Source: Sphagnum compactum (taxonomy: Eukaryota). From it: a stretch of DNA of 64,000 bases. The first letter of the stretch is position 1. The number at the start of each line of letters is the position of its first letter. Shown one piece after another: positions 52,211 through 64,000 of the stretch. The stretch is from the NCBI GenBank assembly GCA_965153455.1, contig OZ234494.1:6820001-6884000 (forward strand). Direction: 5' to 3'. A model generated the notes under the pieces. It saw nothing but the letters and a program-made list of their open reading frames with translations. It made no database searches and was not told where the DNA came from. Both the position numbers and the translations under genes were made by a program.

Positions 52211-55200
52211 GGTAATCAACTTCCAAATACATATCAAGTTTCAACTACTAAATGGTGAAAAGTTCCAATATTGTTTAACATGGTGAAATGAGGATAATAA
52301 CTTTAGGCCAAAAAAAACACAATAATGTGATGAAATTTTGAAAAACATACCACAAGTATGAATGATGTTTAACATTAATTAATTCTTAATTGGGTCTATA
52401 TAAAATAACAAAAATCTTGAACTTATATTGTCAAAATTTCAAGGAATTGAAATCAAAACCTTCCTAGTATAAGGGATATTTCAAGCCATTGACATATTTT
52501 AATAACATCACTAATAAGTAAAAGACTTAATGTATTTATTAATTATTGTCAAAATTCCAGAATATTCATATTGAAATTACCATACCATTTTTCCAAATAT
52601 TGCAAAGCAAGAATAGACAAGAATGTCAAAAGAGACAAAATATTTGCCCCCCCCTACCACCTACTAATCTAAAGGACAATTTATGAAGAATTGATGATGG
52701 TGATAATAGGTTACAAATCTTTATATTTGTATAGGTGTTTGTTTATTTATTGTTTGTGTTGTTTAGATGTGATTACAATGTAATCTTCCCAAACCATAGG
52801 GCCCCTTATTTTTCTTTTGGCGTGTATGTTTTGTCATTTCACAATTTTTGGACCAATGAAATTCAAAAGTTATTGAATGTAGATTGATTTTTATTACTAA
52901 AAATTAGATCAAAATAAGTCTAAAAAGGTTTCATAAAAATTCTGAAGTTCAAAACTTGAACAATATTGGGATGGATGACATAAATATATTTGGGCCAACA
53001 ACAAGGGGTCACTAATGAGTAATGATATCAAAATAGTTGTGACAATTATCTTATAATCACATTTAATGATAAATGAATGTTAAGTTAATGATAAAATATG
53101 TAAATTTTTTCACATTTTTACTAAGAATGTAAACTAACATAAAATCCTCAATGTAATTGGAAATTGCAAACAAGGTTAAGTTGATGGTAAGTAGGTATTA
53201 ACTTAACATCAAAATTTCAACAACATACATAATGGGATAAGAACACAATGTGAGGTAACAACCTTAAATTGGGAGCTTTAAGTCAACATTAAGTAAACTC
53301 AATGTTTTCCCTTCATTCCCCCAAGTATTTCTTTTGTTCCCCTCCTTGTTCTCCCTTCATGTTTCCCTCCACACTCATTGTTCTTGTTTTTTTCGTTTTC
53401 AATAGTGAAGAATTTCATGTTGTCAAGAAAAGGAGGCATGGTCCATTGGTGTCATGAAAGGGGAAAGGAACATAGTGCAACCACTTAATAGGAGAGGATG
53501 GCAATGTTCAAGGTTAATTAAATTTGGATACAAATTAACTCTATGAACATCATGTCAAGATCTCATTAGCAAATGCACTACACACTTGAAAATGGAATGG
53601 CACATGCATCCCCAACTCCTTCAATAGCTGGCCCAAAAATCAAAATGTTTAATGGTGGTGGAGTTTAACAATGAAGAGGATGAGGACAAACAAATTGATT
53701 AGATTTAACCTAGTTGAAGAAAGAGTATAACATTGTTGTACCAATTCATGGGCACAAAATGGTGAAATTGTTACAATTGATCGCAAGAAGTAAACGTCAT
53801 CATTGGAACATTTCCATGAGAAATTTACAAATATTGACATCTCAAATTTCAAACAAGTTTTCATAAACATTTGTTCAACAATCAATCATGATCCATTTAT
53901 GCAACTACAAGGTCTTTGACTACCAACATATAGTTTTCCAAATGTGCACAAATTGTTTTCAAAGACATGTTGGAACCAAAAGTTGTATCTTGTCAAGTTG
54001 CCATGTTTTGAAACATGAATAACATGTGATACACAACAATTCTCGTCTTCTATGTCAAAATTAGCTTTGCATGATTTTGTAGTTTCATTTCAATAAAATT
54101 AAGATTTTAATAGATCTTTGTAAAAAAAAAAAAGAGATTTTCAAACCAAAAACCTTAACAACTTGGAACTTGGAAAAAGACTTGAAGAATGTTAAAAAAC
54201 GAAGAAAAAAGAAAGAAACCATGCATTGTAGATAAGTTTGACACAAAAGAAACAAAATTTTAATCAACTTTCAATCAATTTTGATTTAGCACAAAACAAA
54301 AACAACAAGCTTTTCAATGACAACAAAACCTACAGCTTCCAAATTTTTTTAAATGAAGAGTAAACACCTAAAGAAAAAAAACACAACATGCACCCCAAAA
54401 ATATAATAATGCAAAAGTAGATTTTAAAAGAAAAGAAAAAAATACGTGCATTTCAAAAAACATTCAATGCAAAGCAAAAACAATGAGCTCTTTAACAATA
54501 ATGCAATTCATATAAAAACCCAATGAAAGTAAGGAATGTAAAATTTTAAAAACTTAAAATGTATAACAAAAGTAAGGAGCTATGGAGCTCAATAGTGAAA
54601 GTTGAAGACACAAGCTACAACAGTGAGAGTGCTAAAAGGGAACACAACTAACCCACTAACATTCATTGTGATGGTATGACTTCATCGTGACAAAGATAAA
54701 TCAATTTTTTTGAAACCCTATATTAAGTTAACATTAACCAACCCAAGTGAGTGACCAACAAAACTAATTAGTTAATATTTAGATTTGTGCTAATTAATAT
54801 ATTTGACCATTTTTTTAAAATGATGTTATCTAAATGTTAAATTGTTTTAACATTATAAACCCTAATATCAGGTCTAATTGTAGCTTATCATGTTAAGTCC
54901 ATTGACTATTACCTAAATATTTTAATTTAATGACAATTCTTACAAAACCCATTAAACATTCTATGTAGTTTGCACAAGGACATTCTTTAGTCAAAAGGAA
55001 ATAATCTTTATCACAACCCTTTTCACGAACTTGTGTTTTTTTAAAATCATGACTCATACTTCATAATATTGTGATTAATGTCATTTAGAGCTTGTTAAAC
55101 TACATTTTTTTGGGTTAATTGCAACTAGTCTCATTGAAAGAAATGTTTCAAATCAATATTGAAAGCCATGGGTGGGGGTTTGTTGAGATGGGAACCTAAT

Positions 55201-56581
55201 ACCTTACCCTAAGGTCAGTTTCATCATTAAAATAATCCTTCAAATAGTGAAATGAATTCTCATGAAAATATGAAGTTAACATGTTGAAAATCATCATAAT
55301 TTATTATAAGCTACATAATTTCCCTACTCATGTGACGATATGATACTTGATCATGGAAAATTCAATAAAATTTTCTATTTTTTGGGTATTAATATTTAAA
55401 GATTGATAACCTACTGAATCATAATCAGGTCATCCAGGCAGGTTATTGGAATTTGAACATTCAATACCGGGCAGTTATCAATTTAACCAGCCATCAAAAA
55501 AAAATGTATCGAGAACCAACTTATGGGTTATTGGTAACCAGTTTGATAACCGGATTGATAACCGGATTGATAACCGGGTCCAAAAGGAACGGGAGGGAAC
55601 CAATTACAACTAAATCACCTTTTCATTTGAATTTAGGAGCTAATTAATGACTAAAAAAGCGGGTGATTATGATGAAAGAAGACGGTCATTTTTTATGAGC
55701 TAATTATATGAAGAAAAGTAGTTCATTTAAAATGTACCAACTAGTCTACCAACCCACTTCATCAATTAAATTTTTAAAAAATTTCCCCTCTCACTAACCC
55801 TAAAATCCCTCCATTAAGTAGCTAGCACTCATTGTACACTTCTCAAATGGATTTAGATGGGTTTAGATGGCAAATGGATCAATTTTGCTGGTCAACTGAG
55901 TTTCATCCTGCCTTTCCCTTTTTCTGGAGCGCCTTCACTGCTGCTGCTACGTATAGTTTCACTGTTCCCACCTGTACAGTTACTATAATTAGTTCGAACC
56001 TTGTGCGTTAAATGTTGAGTTTCAGCATTTCATACTGAGATTTAATAAAAATCCCTAACTTTACGGATACTACTGAAAGAGGGGATAGGGGGTGAAAGGA
56101 GGCCCAAAGATAGGGCAAAGAGATGGTGACTTTACAGATGACTGTAATGTCTCAAGTAACGTGCACTCTTTGGTACATTACGAAAAATGTGGCACGTTTT
56201 ATACGGAAGGAAGACAACGTGGTGTCATTTTTTCCCGGACATGTGATGTTGATGACAATATGCCCTCCTGTTAAGTATTCTGATGTTTTGTGGCCCTTGA
56301 AAGTTTGTCATTGGACATACCACATAGGGTATGTAAAAAACTCAATTTTTTTTAAAAAAATTTAAAACTCAATATTATTTAAGAATAACCTGCTTGTTTG
56401 TTTTAGTGTAAGATGTGTTTTTTTTAAAATAAAAAATCCCAATTTTAATGAAATCAAATATTTGAATTTGAAAAACAAAGTATTGGGTCTCAAGTCTCAA
56501 CTTTCGGTAACTTGTATTTCACTTGTTTTGCAACTCGCAGATTTTTCCACTCTCAAATTCAGCTGCATTGGGGGCCTAGTT

Positions 56582-57075
56582 TCTAACCCTAAACCCTAAC
56601 TTAGGGCAAACTTAATTTCACAGTTTAGTTAGAGACCCAAATTCCACATTGTCAAGCTCCCAAATTTTCCACCTAATTTTGGCTGAAATTAAACAACACA
56701 TAATAATATTGGACCAACCCGTCATGAATTGAGTCAAGACCCAACTACTTACTACCTACTTTCTTTGTCCTCTTTTTAAGAAATGAAAAATGATCCTTAT
56801 TTCAAATAAAGGTACCAAAATCCTGAAATTTTGGTGGGTGAGTAATGGTAATTAATGTCTTCACACTCTTACAAAGTTTAGGGTTTAGAGTTTGGGTATT
56901 AGAAAGTTTAGGATTTAGGGTTTATATACAATTCCTTTACTTTACTTACATCATCCTAATTGACAAAGAAACCCTACCAAACTTTATAAAAAAAATGCAC
57001 CCAAGTTTAGGATTTAGGGTTTATACACAAATCCTTTACTTACATCATCCTAATTGACAAAACCTTACCAAACTT
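56582..57075. repeat. Degenerate interstitial telomere-like (TTTAGGG) repeats within a short duplicated unit
   Basis: CTAACCCTAAACCCTAA at 56583. AAGTTTAGGATTTAGGGTTTATA...TTACATCATCCTAATTGACAAA occurs at about 56904 and 57004. Confidence 0.65.
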
Positions 57076-58163
57076 GGAACGTAACTCTTAATTTATTTGT
57101 CATATTATGATGTAATTTTAAAAATTATGTAAAAATAACATTAACTACATTTTATTTTTCTCTTTCATTATGTAGAAAACCTTATTATTTCACTACAACA
57201 AAGAGGAAATGAGAAGAAGGTGTAATTTTTTAATTTTTTAACCGCACAAAATTAATTTTATCAAATTTCCACCAAGTTTAGATACTAAAAGCCTTAGTTT
57301 CATTCGGGTTCCCTAAAGAAACTAAAACATTATCAATCAACTACTTGTGCCACCGTACATACATAAGAGTTAAACAACACATGATTCTTTCTTCTTCGAA
57401 AAGCAAAATGACTTGCCAAGCTTTGTGGGCACGTTTTGTTGTAGAAACTACAGTGGCAGTTTCTGGAGACACTTGGCATTTTACTGGACAATTTCTAGGT
57501 TGGAATTTTTTTTAATTCATGAAATTGTATTTTTAATTTTTTTCTCAAAAACAATTCATGACATTGTATTAAAAAAAAATAATAATTATATATTTTAGAA
57601 AAATTTCCCAAAAAATTCATGAAATTGTATTGAAAAATTCTTGAATTGTATGTTTTTATTTTTCTCCAAAAAAATCATGAAATTGTCTAAAACTTTCATA
57701 AATTGCTTTTTTTTTTTTTTTCCGGGCTTAGTTGCATACAGCTAAGGTGAATCTTGCACCGAAGACACTCACATTTCCTTCTTCTAACTAACAATTCGGG
57801 GGATCTTATTTATTTAACTTATATTGGGACAATGTCGTCCACAACTTTTTTCATTATCTTTGCCCCCGAGTTTATGCACTCTGACATTGGAATCTTATCC
57901 ATTCAATGTGGTACACGTTATTTATTATTACTTTTGTAAAAATTAAAATTGAAAGCCCCTTTTTTCTTCAGTTCTGGGTACTTCCGTAGCTTTGAAAAAA
58001 CTAACATAACATGTGGCTATGCATTTGCCAGTTTGTAAAGTAGCCGACGACGAGAACTGAAAACCGAAGCCACAAAAAATAATTGGACCTTTTTTTCCCG
58101 TAAAATTCCTACTTTGAATTTCTTTTTGGGTCCCAAAGCACTAGAACTATCCCCAAGTACTTA

Positions 58164-58398
58164 TGGTGCATTCACACTTGACGTTAAGTCAGTGTTGAAT
58201 GGAAATCCTAGGTGGCATCCTAGGTGTTAAACGGGCCATATAGTTAGCTCAATGTTAAGTGAATGTTAGCTTAACATAAAAGTTTCATGGCAACTACGTT
58301 TAAGTCCTAAATGGCTAGCATGGTGGTAGGGTAGGGGGACTCAACCTTAGAGTGGGGTCTCAACCTTGGAGTCCCTAACACCAAGTGTGAATGCACCT
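58164..58398. mobile_element. Tourist-like (PIF/Harbinger) MITE, copy 2
   Basis: Perfect 16-bp TIR GGTGCATTCACACTTG / CAAGTGTGAATGCACC, flanked by TTA at 58161-58163 and 58399-58401. Confidence 0.88.
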
Positions 58399-58859
58399 TT
58401 AGACACATACAAAGGAAAATATATCACAAAAATGTGTGATATATGAGCTCACGAGATAGACAAGTGTAAACAAACAACCGTGTAGACCAATTCACACTAC
58501 CACCTACTAAACGCTTAGCTACTACCGTCCAAAAACCAAAGTAGAGAAGATATTCAAGCTTTCATATTCCGTAATAAGGAAGATAGATAATGACTACAAC
58601 CATTGTTTCTTTGCCACCTTAAATTGTTGTTGGTTTCTTGCTTGCTTGCTTGCTTGTTTGCGCTTTTTTCGATTTTTTTTGTTATGCCATGTGTTTTGTT
58701 ATTAGATCGACATGCCACCCAAAACCACGGTATAAAAAGTTGCAATGTTTTTGCTTGGACAAAGTTTTGTCTCCAGGGGAAAATTAAATTAGGAAGATTT
58801 TGGAATTGTTTGCTATTTTAGTGTAAAGTTTGCTATTGTTTTGGGAAAAAAAATTGCTA

Positions 58860-59120
58860 ATGTTGCGCCCCCCTCTTCCCCCTCCCCACCTAACCCTAAA
58901 CCGGGTTTGTGGTTTAAGAGGGGGGGAGGGGGCACTCGTCCCGTCCGCGTCGGGCACGCGGGCCGCCCGGCGCCTGGTTCGTGACGTGGCCCCGCTATAT
59001 CCCCAGCCGGACTTTCTCTCCCCCGCCCGCCGCTCTCCAAGGCGACCCGCGACGAAGGCGAGCATGCGCGACGAAGGACGCTCCCTCGCTCGCTCGCTCG
59101 CTCGCTCGCTCGCTCTCTCT
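58860..59120 (+). promoter_or_regulatory. GC/CpG-rich proximal promoter of the lipase gene, with ABRE (ACGTGGC, 58984-58990), CE3-like CGCG motifs and a (TCGC)n tract
   Basis: Sharp GC island 400-650 bp upstream of the ATG. Motifs read directly from the sequence; function is inferred. Confidence 0.5.
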
Positions 59121-59528
59121 CTTCTTACTTGCTTGATTCCTCCGGTGATCTCGCACTCTTCACAAGTTGTTGGCTTTTGCTGTTGTACCAACTGTCCAGT
59201 ACCCAATTCGCTTTTTCCAACGATCTGCAGAATAACAGTGTAGACCTGCGAGTTTCTTCTTGTTTCCGATCTATGCTTTTCGGCTCTCAGTTGTTGTCGT
59301 CGTCTTCTTCGCATCACTGCAGCAAGCAAGGGGTGGTGCGATCGCGCCGAACAAACGCACTCGAACTTGGGAGAAAGAAAACCATAAGGTAGCTAGGAAT
59401 GTACTGCCTCGGCGGAGGATTCTGTTGGGATTTGTAATACTGATCCAGTAGGTTCCTCCTGGGAAGGAACAAAGGTGGGTCTCTCTCAGAGGAGGGTATC
59501 GGTTAAGAGCTGGAAAGACTTGACAGGG

Positions 59529-62500
59529 ATGTCATTCTGGACTCTGACGCCGCGGCGGATTCTGTGGGATGTAGTGGCCATAGCAGAAGTGATTGTGAGC
59601 ATCGTAGTTCATTTGAGTTACGGGCTCTCCATCTTCGGTTCCGCGGTATGGATCGATGTCATGAGTATTCTTTCAGCCAGCAGCAACAGCACGCCGCCAA
59701 GGCACAAGCCCAAGAAGAGAGACAGCAGCGACGACAAACTCCTTGTTAAAGTGCTGCACAGCCCGGTGGTGACGACGGTGCTCCATGAGGAGCAGCCGGA
59801 TGATGATCCCGACCACCACCACAGTTCTCAGTTGGGTTTGGAAGAGGTGGCGGAGGAGAATAAGAAGCAGCAGCAGCTGGCAACAATAGCCACAACAGAA
59901 GAACCCAACAGAGCCTTTCTTGATGGCCATCAGAAAGCACCCATTGTCTTGGTGCACGGCATTTTTGGATTTGGAAAAGGGGTAAAGCAAACCAACCGAC
60001 CTTTCCATGAGAATCCATGTTGCACTTTTTGTTCTTGCTCTTGCTCTCTTGTTCTTCTTGTTCTTGCTCTTTGGGTGGGGTCTGGACTCGATGAGGAGGA
60101 AACAAGAACCTGGACTAGAAGAAGCTGAGGAGGAGGAAACAAGAATCTGGACTAGAAGAAGCTGAGGAGGAGGAAACAAGAATCCGGACTAGAAGAGGAA
60201 GAAACAAGAATCTGGACTAGAAGAGGAGGAAAACAAGAATCTGGACTACAAGAGGAAGAAACAAGAATCTGTCTGTGGAGTGCAGCAACTTGTGTTGTTG
60301 TGAGATCAGGAGAGGGTTTTTGGTTGCAATTCTTATGCGGTCATATTTCCTGACTCGGTGGTGGTTTGTGCCCTAATATCCTCCTCCTCCTCTTCTTGCA
60401 GAGATTGGGCTCTCTTTCATACTGGGGTGGTGCAGAGCAAAGAGATGATCGGATTCTTGTTCCAGACCTTGGAGCTCTGACCAGCATTCATGACAGGTTT
60501 TTCCTTACTCATTCACTTGCCCAGCTGTCTACTAGGTAGAAAAAAGTTAGAATTCTTTCTTGCAAGTGAAGAAGACACATGGTCAAGCCCACACAAGATG
60601 ATTGAGAATCTTCTTTGCAGCAGAATCTGGAATCTAGTAGCAATCACAAACGGGTACTGAATCTAGAATCTATTATCAATCACCCACGGGTACTTGTACT
60701 TCAACTTTCTCCTATTCTGTATCTGAAGGATTTCTGTACTGCTGCCATTGGACTTGCTGACCATAAAAGCTCTCAGAACACATTTCTGGCATTGTAGAGC
60801 AACCATGTCTGCAATTGCAAACTTATGATGAAAAAAAATTCAGGAAAAAAAAAACATTTAATGTGCAGAATTGTGGTGAATTCATGAACCTTCTGAGAAC
60901 AGAACATTTCTGTGGAGAAATTGCTAATCATGTTAGGCTTTAACAGAAGTGGTAAACATGATGAACCTTTTCAGAAAAACTCATTTCTGCACATGTGCTA
61001 ATCCATGAATCTCTTTCAGAAAAATCCATGTCTGCATTTGCTGCTAATCATGAACTTTATGTATGTATGTATGATATGTACTCCTGTGAAGCTGCTGTTG
61101 CTGAACTGTGTTGTCTTCATTGTTTGAAATCTGCAGGGCTCGTGTGCTGTTTTATTACTTGAAAGGTGGGACTGTTGATTATGGGTTTGAGAGAAGTCAG
61201 CAATTTGGGCATTCACAATTCGGTAGAACATATGATCAAGGTAAATTTTAAAGGAAGGAATTTTTGGGGAAGAGAAATTTTTGTTCCTTTGAAAATCAAT
61301 TGAAGATTGTTACAGAATTTTACCAAAACAAAAGTTAGCCTAAAGAAACCCTAGTCTTCTTTTTATTCTTTTTTTCTGCTTTTTTTTTAAAAAAAATTTA
61401 GGCACTCTAAATTTCTGCTCCACGTTTATCAGTAGTATATCTTCAGCTGGGTCTGGAATTTTTGGTTTCATACCTTTGCATTTTGTTATTGGGGTGGCAC
61501 AGGACACTATCCTGAATGGGATGAAAACCATCCAATTCACATTGTTGGCCATTCAACTGGAGCGCAAGTTGTGCGTCTACTGCAACAAATGTTGGCTGAA
61601 AAGGTGAATCCTAGTATGTGGTGTGAAATTTTCCAATTATATAATTATAGTTCTGATCCTCTACTCATTCCATGTCCAATTGCGCCAGTGGACAATCACA
61701 GAGAATGTTATGAAAAAAAAATCCTCAAAAATATGACAGAACTCACATGTTTTGTATAATGGTTGTGCCTAAAGATTTTGAGCTGATTGTTACAAAGTAT
61801 GAAACCAAAAATTCTGGCACTTTGTGCACGCAACTCTCATAAGGTTAATTATGACTGCACTCAACTTAAATTTACAGTACATATTTCTGAAGAGGAGAAT
61901 TGATTTCACATGTCTTGAATTTCATAATTGTGTTCAAATTTTTTTGGTAATTTAAAAAAATTTCCAACATGTAAAGATTGTTGGTTAGAGTAAAGAAGCT
62001 GAAAAAAATTTGGGGATCTTCTCTGTTTGCAGGCTTTTGCTGGTCACAAATCAACATCAGCAGATTGGGTGCTGAGCATAACTTCACTTTCTGGAGCTTT
62101 GAATGGCACAACTCGTGTCTTCCTTGATGGTATCTGGTTAGTGCAAAACTTCAACAAAAATTCACCTGATCTCCCGTTCATAAATTATCACAGAATTAAA
62201 AATTCCACCTTCATTTGGGGAGGTAGGAAAAATAACACTACTCAGTATAAATAAATTAATGAAATTATAACGAAAGATCCAATTTACATAGCCAATGTAC
62301 TTCTTAGTTTTTGTATGAGTTTTTCTTCAATCTGTCTTTTGAACTTTGAATGAATTCACCAGATGGGATTTTTACTAATTGAATTGAAACTGCTGTTGTT
62401 GTTGTTGAAATGGATGCAGTCCAGAAGATGGTCAGACTATGAAAAGTATTAGTCTGTTACAAGTGCTGCGAGTTGCTGTTCTTGTGTACGAGTGGTTAGA

Positions 62501-63798
62501 TATTCCAGCTCTGAAGAGATATTATGATTTTGGCTTTGATCACTACAACCTGCCTTGGCATAAGGCTGGGATGTCTGGTTTAAGAGATACCATGCTTGGT
62601 CGTTCAGGCCCTTTTGCTAAGGGAAATTGGGTACTTCCAGATTTAAGCATTCAATATGCTGTAGAAGTGAATAAGAGATTGCAGACATATCCCAACACCT
62701 ATTATTTCAGGTACACAAAAAATACAAAAGAACTTTTTCTGTTTTTCTATAGTTTTTTTGCCCAGATTCTTTTATGCTTGTGTTGAGTGTTGGAAATGAT
62801 GGTGTGATTTTTTTTGCCCATGTGTCTTTGATTTTACAGCTATGCAACAAATCATACTAGGAAGGTGTTCTCTCAGAAATTGCCAAGAAGTTTTCTTGGG
62901 ACACATCCATTGCTCTTTCTACGCGCTCTGCAAATGTGTCTTTGGCGACACCCATCACATCTACCTCCTCCCTATGAGGGTTACAGGTACAGAGAGCTTT
63001 TTTTTCAATGAAAACTTTGACAATTGGGTGGTGAAAAATGTTCAGAGATTTTTTCTTAAAGAATATGGAAAGGCAATTTAAACTAGAGTGTAGATGTAGG
63101 CTATATTAAACTAGACTGTTACTAAAATTGTCACATAAATTCTTCGGCCCTGCAGGGATGATGAGTGGCAAGATAATGATGGTGCACTTAACACAGTATC
63201 ACAGTTGTATCCACGGATTCCTCATGAACATCCACATTGTGAACTAGATATTGAATTCAATTATGATCAAGTTCTAAAACCTGGCATTTGGTATGATAGA
63301 CAAAACCCTTCTTTTAAATTGTTGTTTATTTATTTATTGTTTGTTTTGGCCATTTGTAAATAAAACTCAAAAGCTGTTTTTTCCATGTGTTTATTAAGCT
63401 GTTGGAAACTGTTAATTAGACTAATTAGATTTTCTATTAGTATTTGCAGGAACCTTTCACTCAGTGTTGAATTTTCAGTGAAAGCTTTTGTTCAAGTGTT
63501 TCCCTTAATGATTTGTGACAAAGTTGGGTTCTGTCTGACATTCATTGGGTTATAATAATAATCTTGACCCAATTTTTTTGGCAGGTATTACACCACACTT
63601 CAAGCAGATCACGTCTACTTTGTCATCAATCGGGACAGAGCTGGTGTACATTTTGATGTATTATATGATGGCATTTTCCAGCGGTGCCGAACACAGATGA
63701 AACGTGTTCTGAAGTCATCACAAACTGTGGAAGCAGCTGTGAAATCAATATGTGTTTGCGAAAATGAATGTGTTTGCCGACTTAGACTGTTTGAATAA
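59529..63798 (+). CDS. Alpha/beta-hydrolase lipase (plant family resembling bacterial I.5/I.6 lipases), 9 exons
   Basis: Exons 59529-59981, 60402-60496, 61137-61240, 61503-61603, 62033-62136, 62420-62710, 62840-62986, 63156-63290 and 63585-63798, all GT-AG with matching phases. Motifs PIVLVHGIFGFG, YYLKGGTVDYG, GHSTG (nucleophile), WQDNDG (Asp) and ADH (His). Confidence 0.93.
60081..60270. repeat. Purine-rich 30-37-bp minisatellite in lipase intron 1
   Basis: About 5 copies of GAGGA(G/A)GAAACAAGAATCTGGACTAGAA(GAAGCT). Confidence 0.9.
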
Positions 63799-64000
63799 GT
63801 AACACAGTAGGCACAGGTTTTTTTCTAGGCAATGTTATTATATTCCTTCTTCACACTCTCTTTCAATTGTTGGAGGAGAATTCCATAATTTTTTTGCCCC
63901 TGTTATTTCAAAGGGAGAAAAAGTTGTTTAGAGATCAAAAACCCACTGCTTGCTTTTTTTCATCATTTGTTGGAGATTTCTGTAATTTCTGCCATTTTTT

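Noticed and set aside
50200-54070. Faint coding-like remnants at about 50200-51350 and 53400-54070
   Set aside because: Too decayed to assign to any gene or transposon family from the sequence alone.
56582-57075. True telomere or chromosome-fusion site
   Set aside because: Only a few degenerate TTTAGGG units, embedded in a dispersed repeat.
58784-59329. 181-aa and 137-aa ORFs upstream of the lipase
   Set aside because: Products of the GC-rich promoter and (TCGC)n repeat. Low complexity with no domain.

Overview
AT-rich eukaryotic land-plant genomic DNA with GT-AG introns. It is probably a bryophyte; the dispersed repeats look like peat moss (Sphagnum), which is my inference and not proven. 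Four apparently intact spliced genes can be reconstructed exon by exon: an S1/P1-family endonuclease (-, 13299-17000, 9 exons), a soluble ABCF ATPase (-, 18676-21960, 5 exons), a B12D-like protein with an N-terminal extension (+, 41138-42265, 3 exons) and an alpha/beta-hydrolase lipase (+, 59529-63798, 9 exons). There is also an intronless XTH pseudogene. The remainder is mostly decayed transposons (PIF/Harbinger, MULE/SWIM, a Ulp1-protease fragment, gypsy gag, LINE, hAT), one clean solo LTR with a target-site duplication (TSD), several Tourist-like MITEs and minisatellites. The most interesting unexplained signals are two miRNA-precursor-like hairpins (36154-36271 and 48872-49011). Both are on the minus strand inside apparently spliced non-coding transcripts, and I recognise neither as a known family. 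The predicted mature strand of the second is complementary to codons for the motif (L-V)-R-G-Y-L-A. A 97-bp near-perfect inverted repeat lies at 34071-34343.
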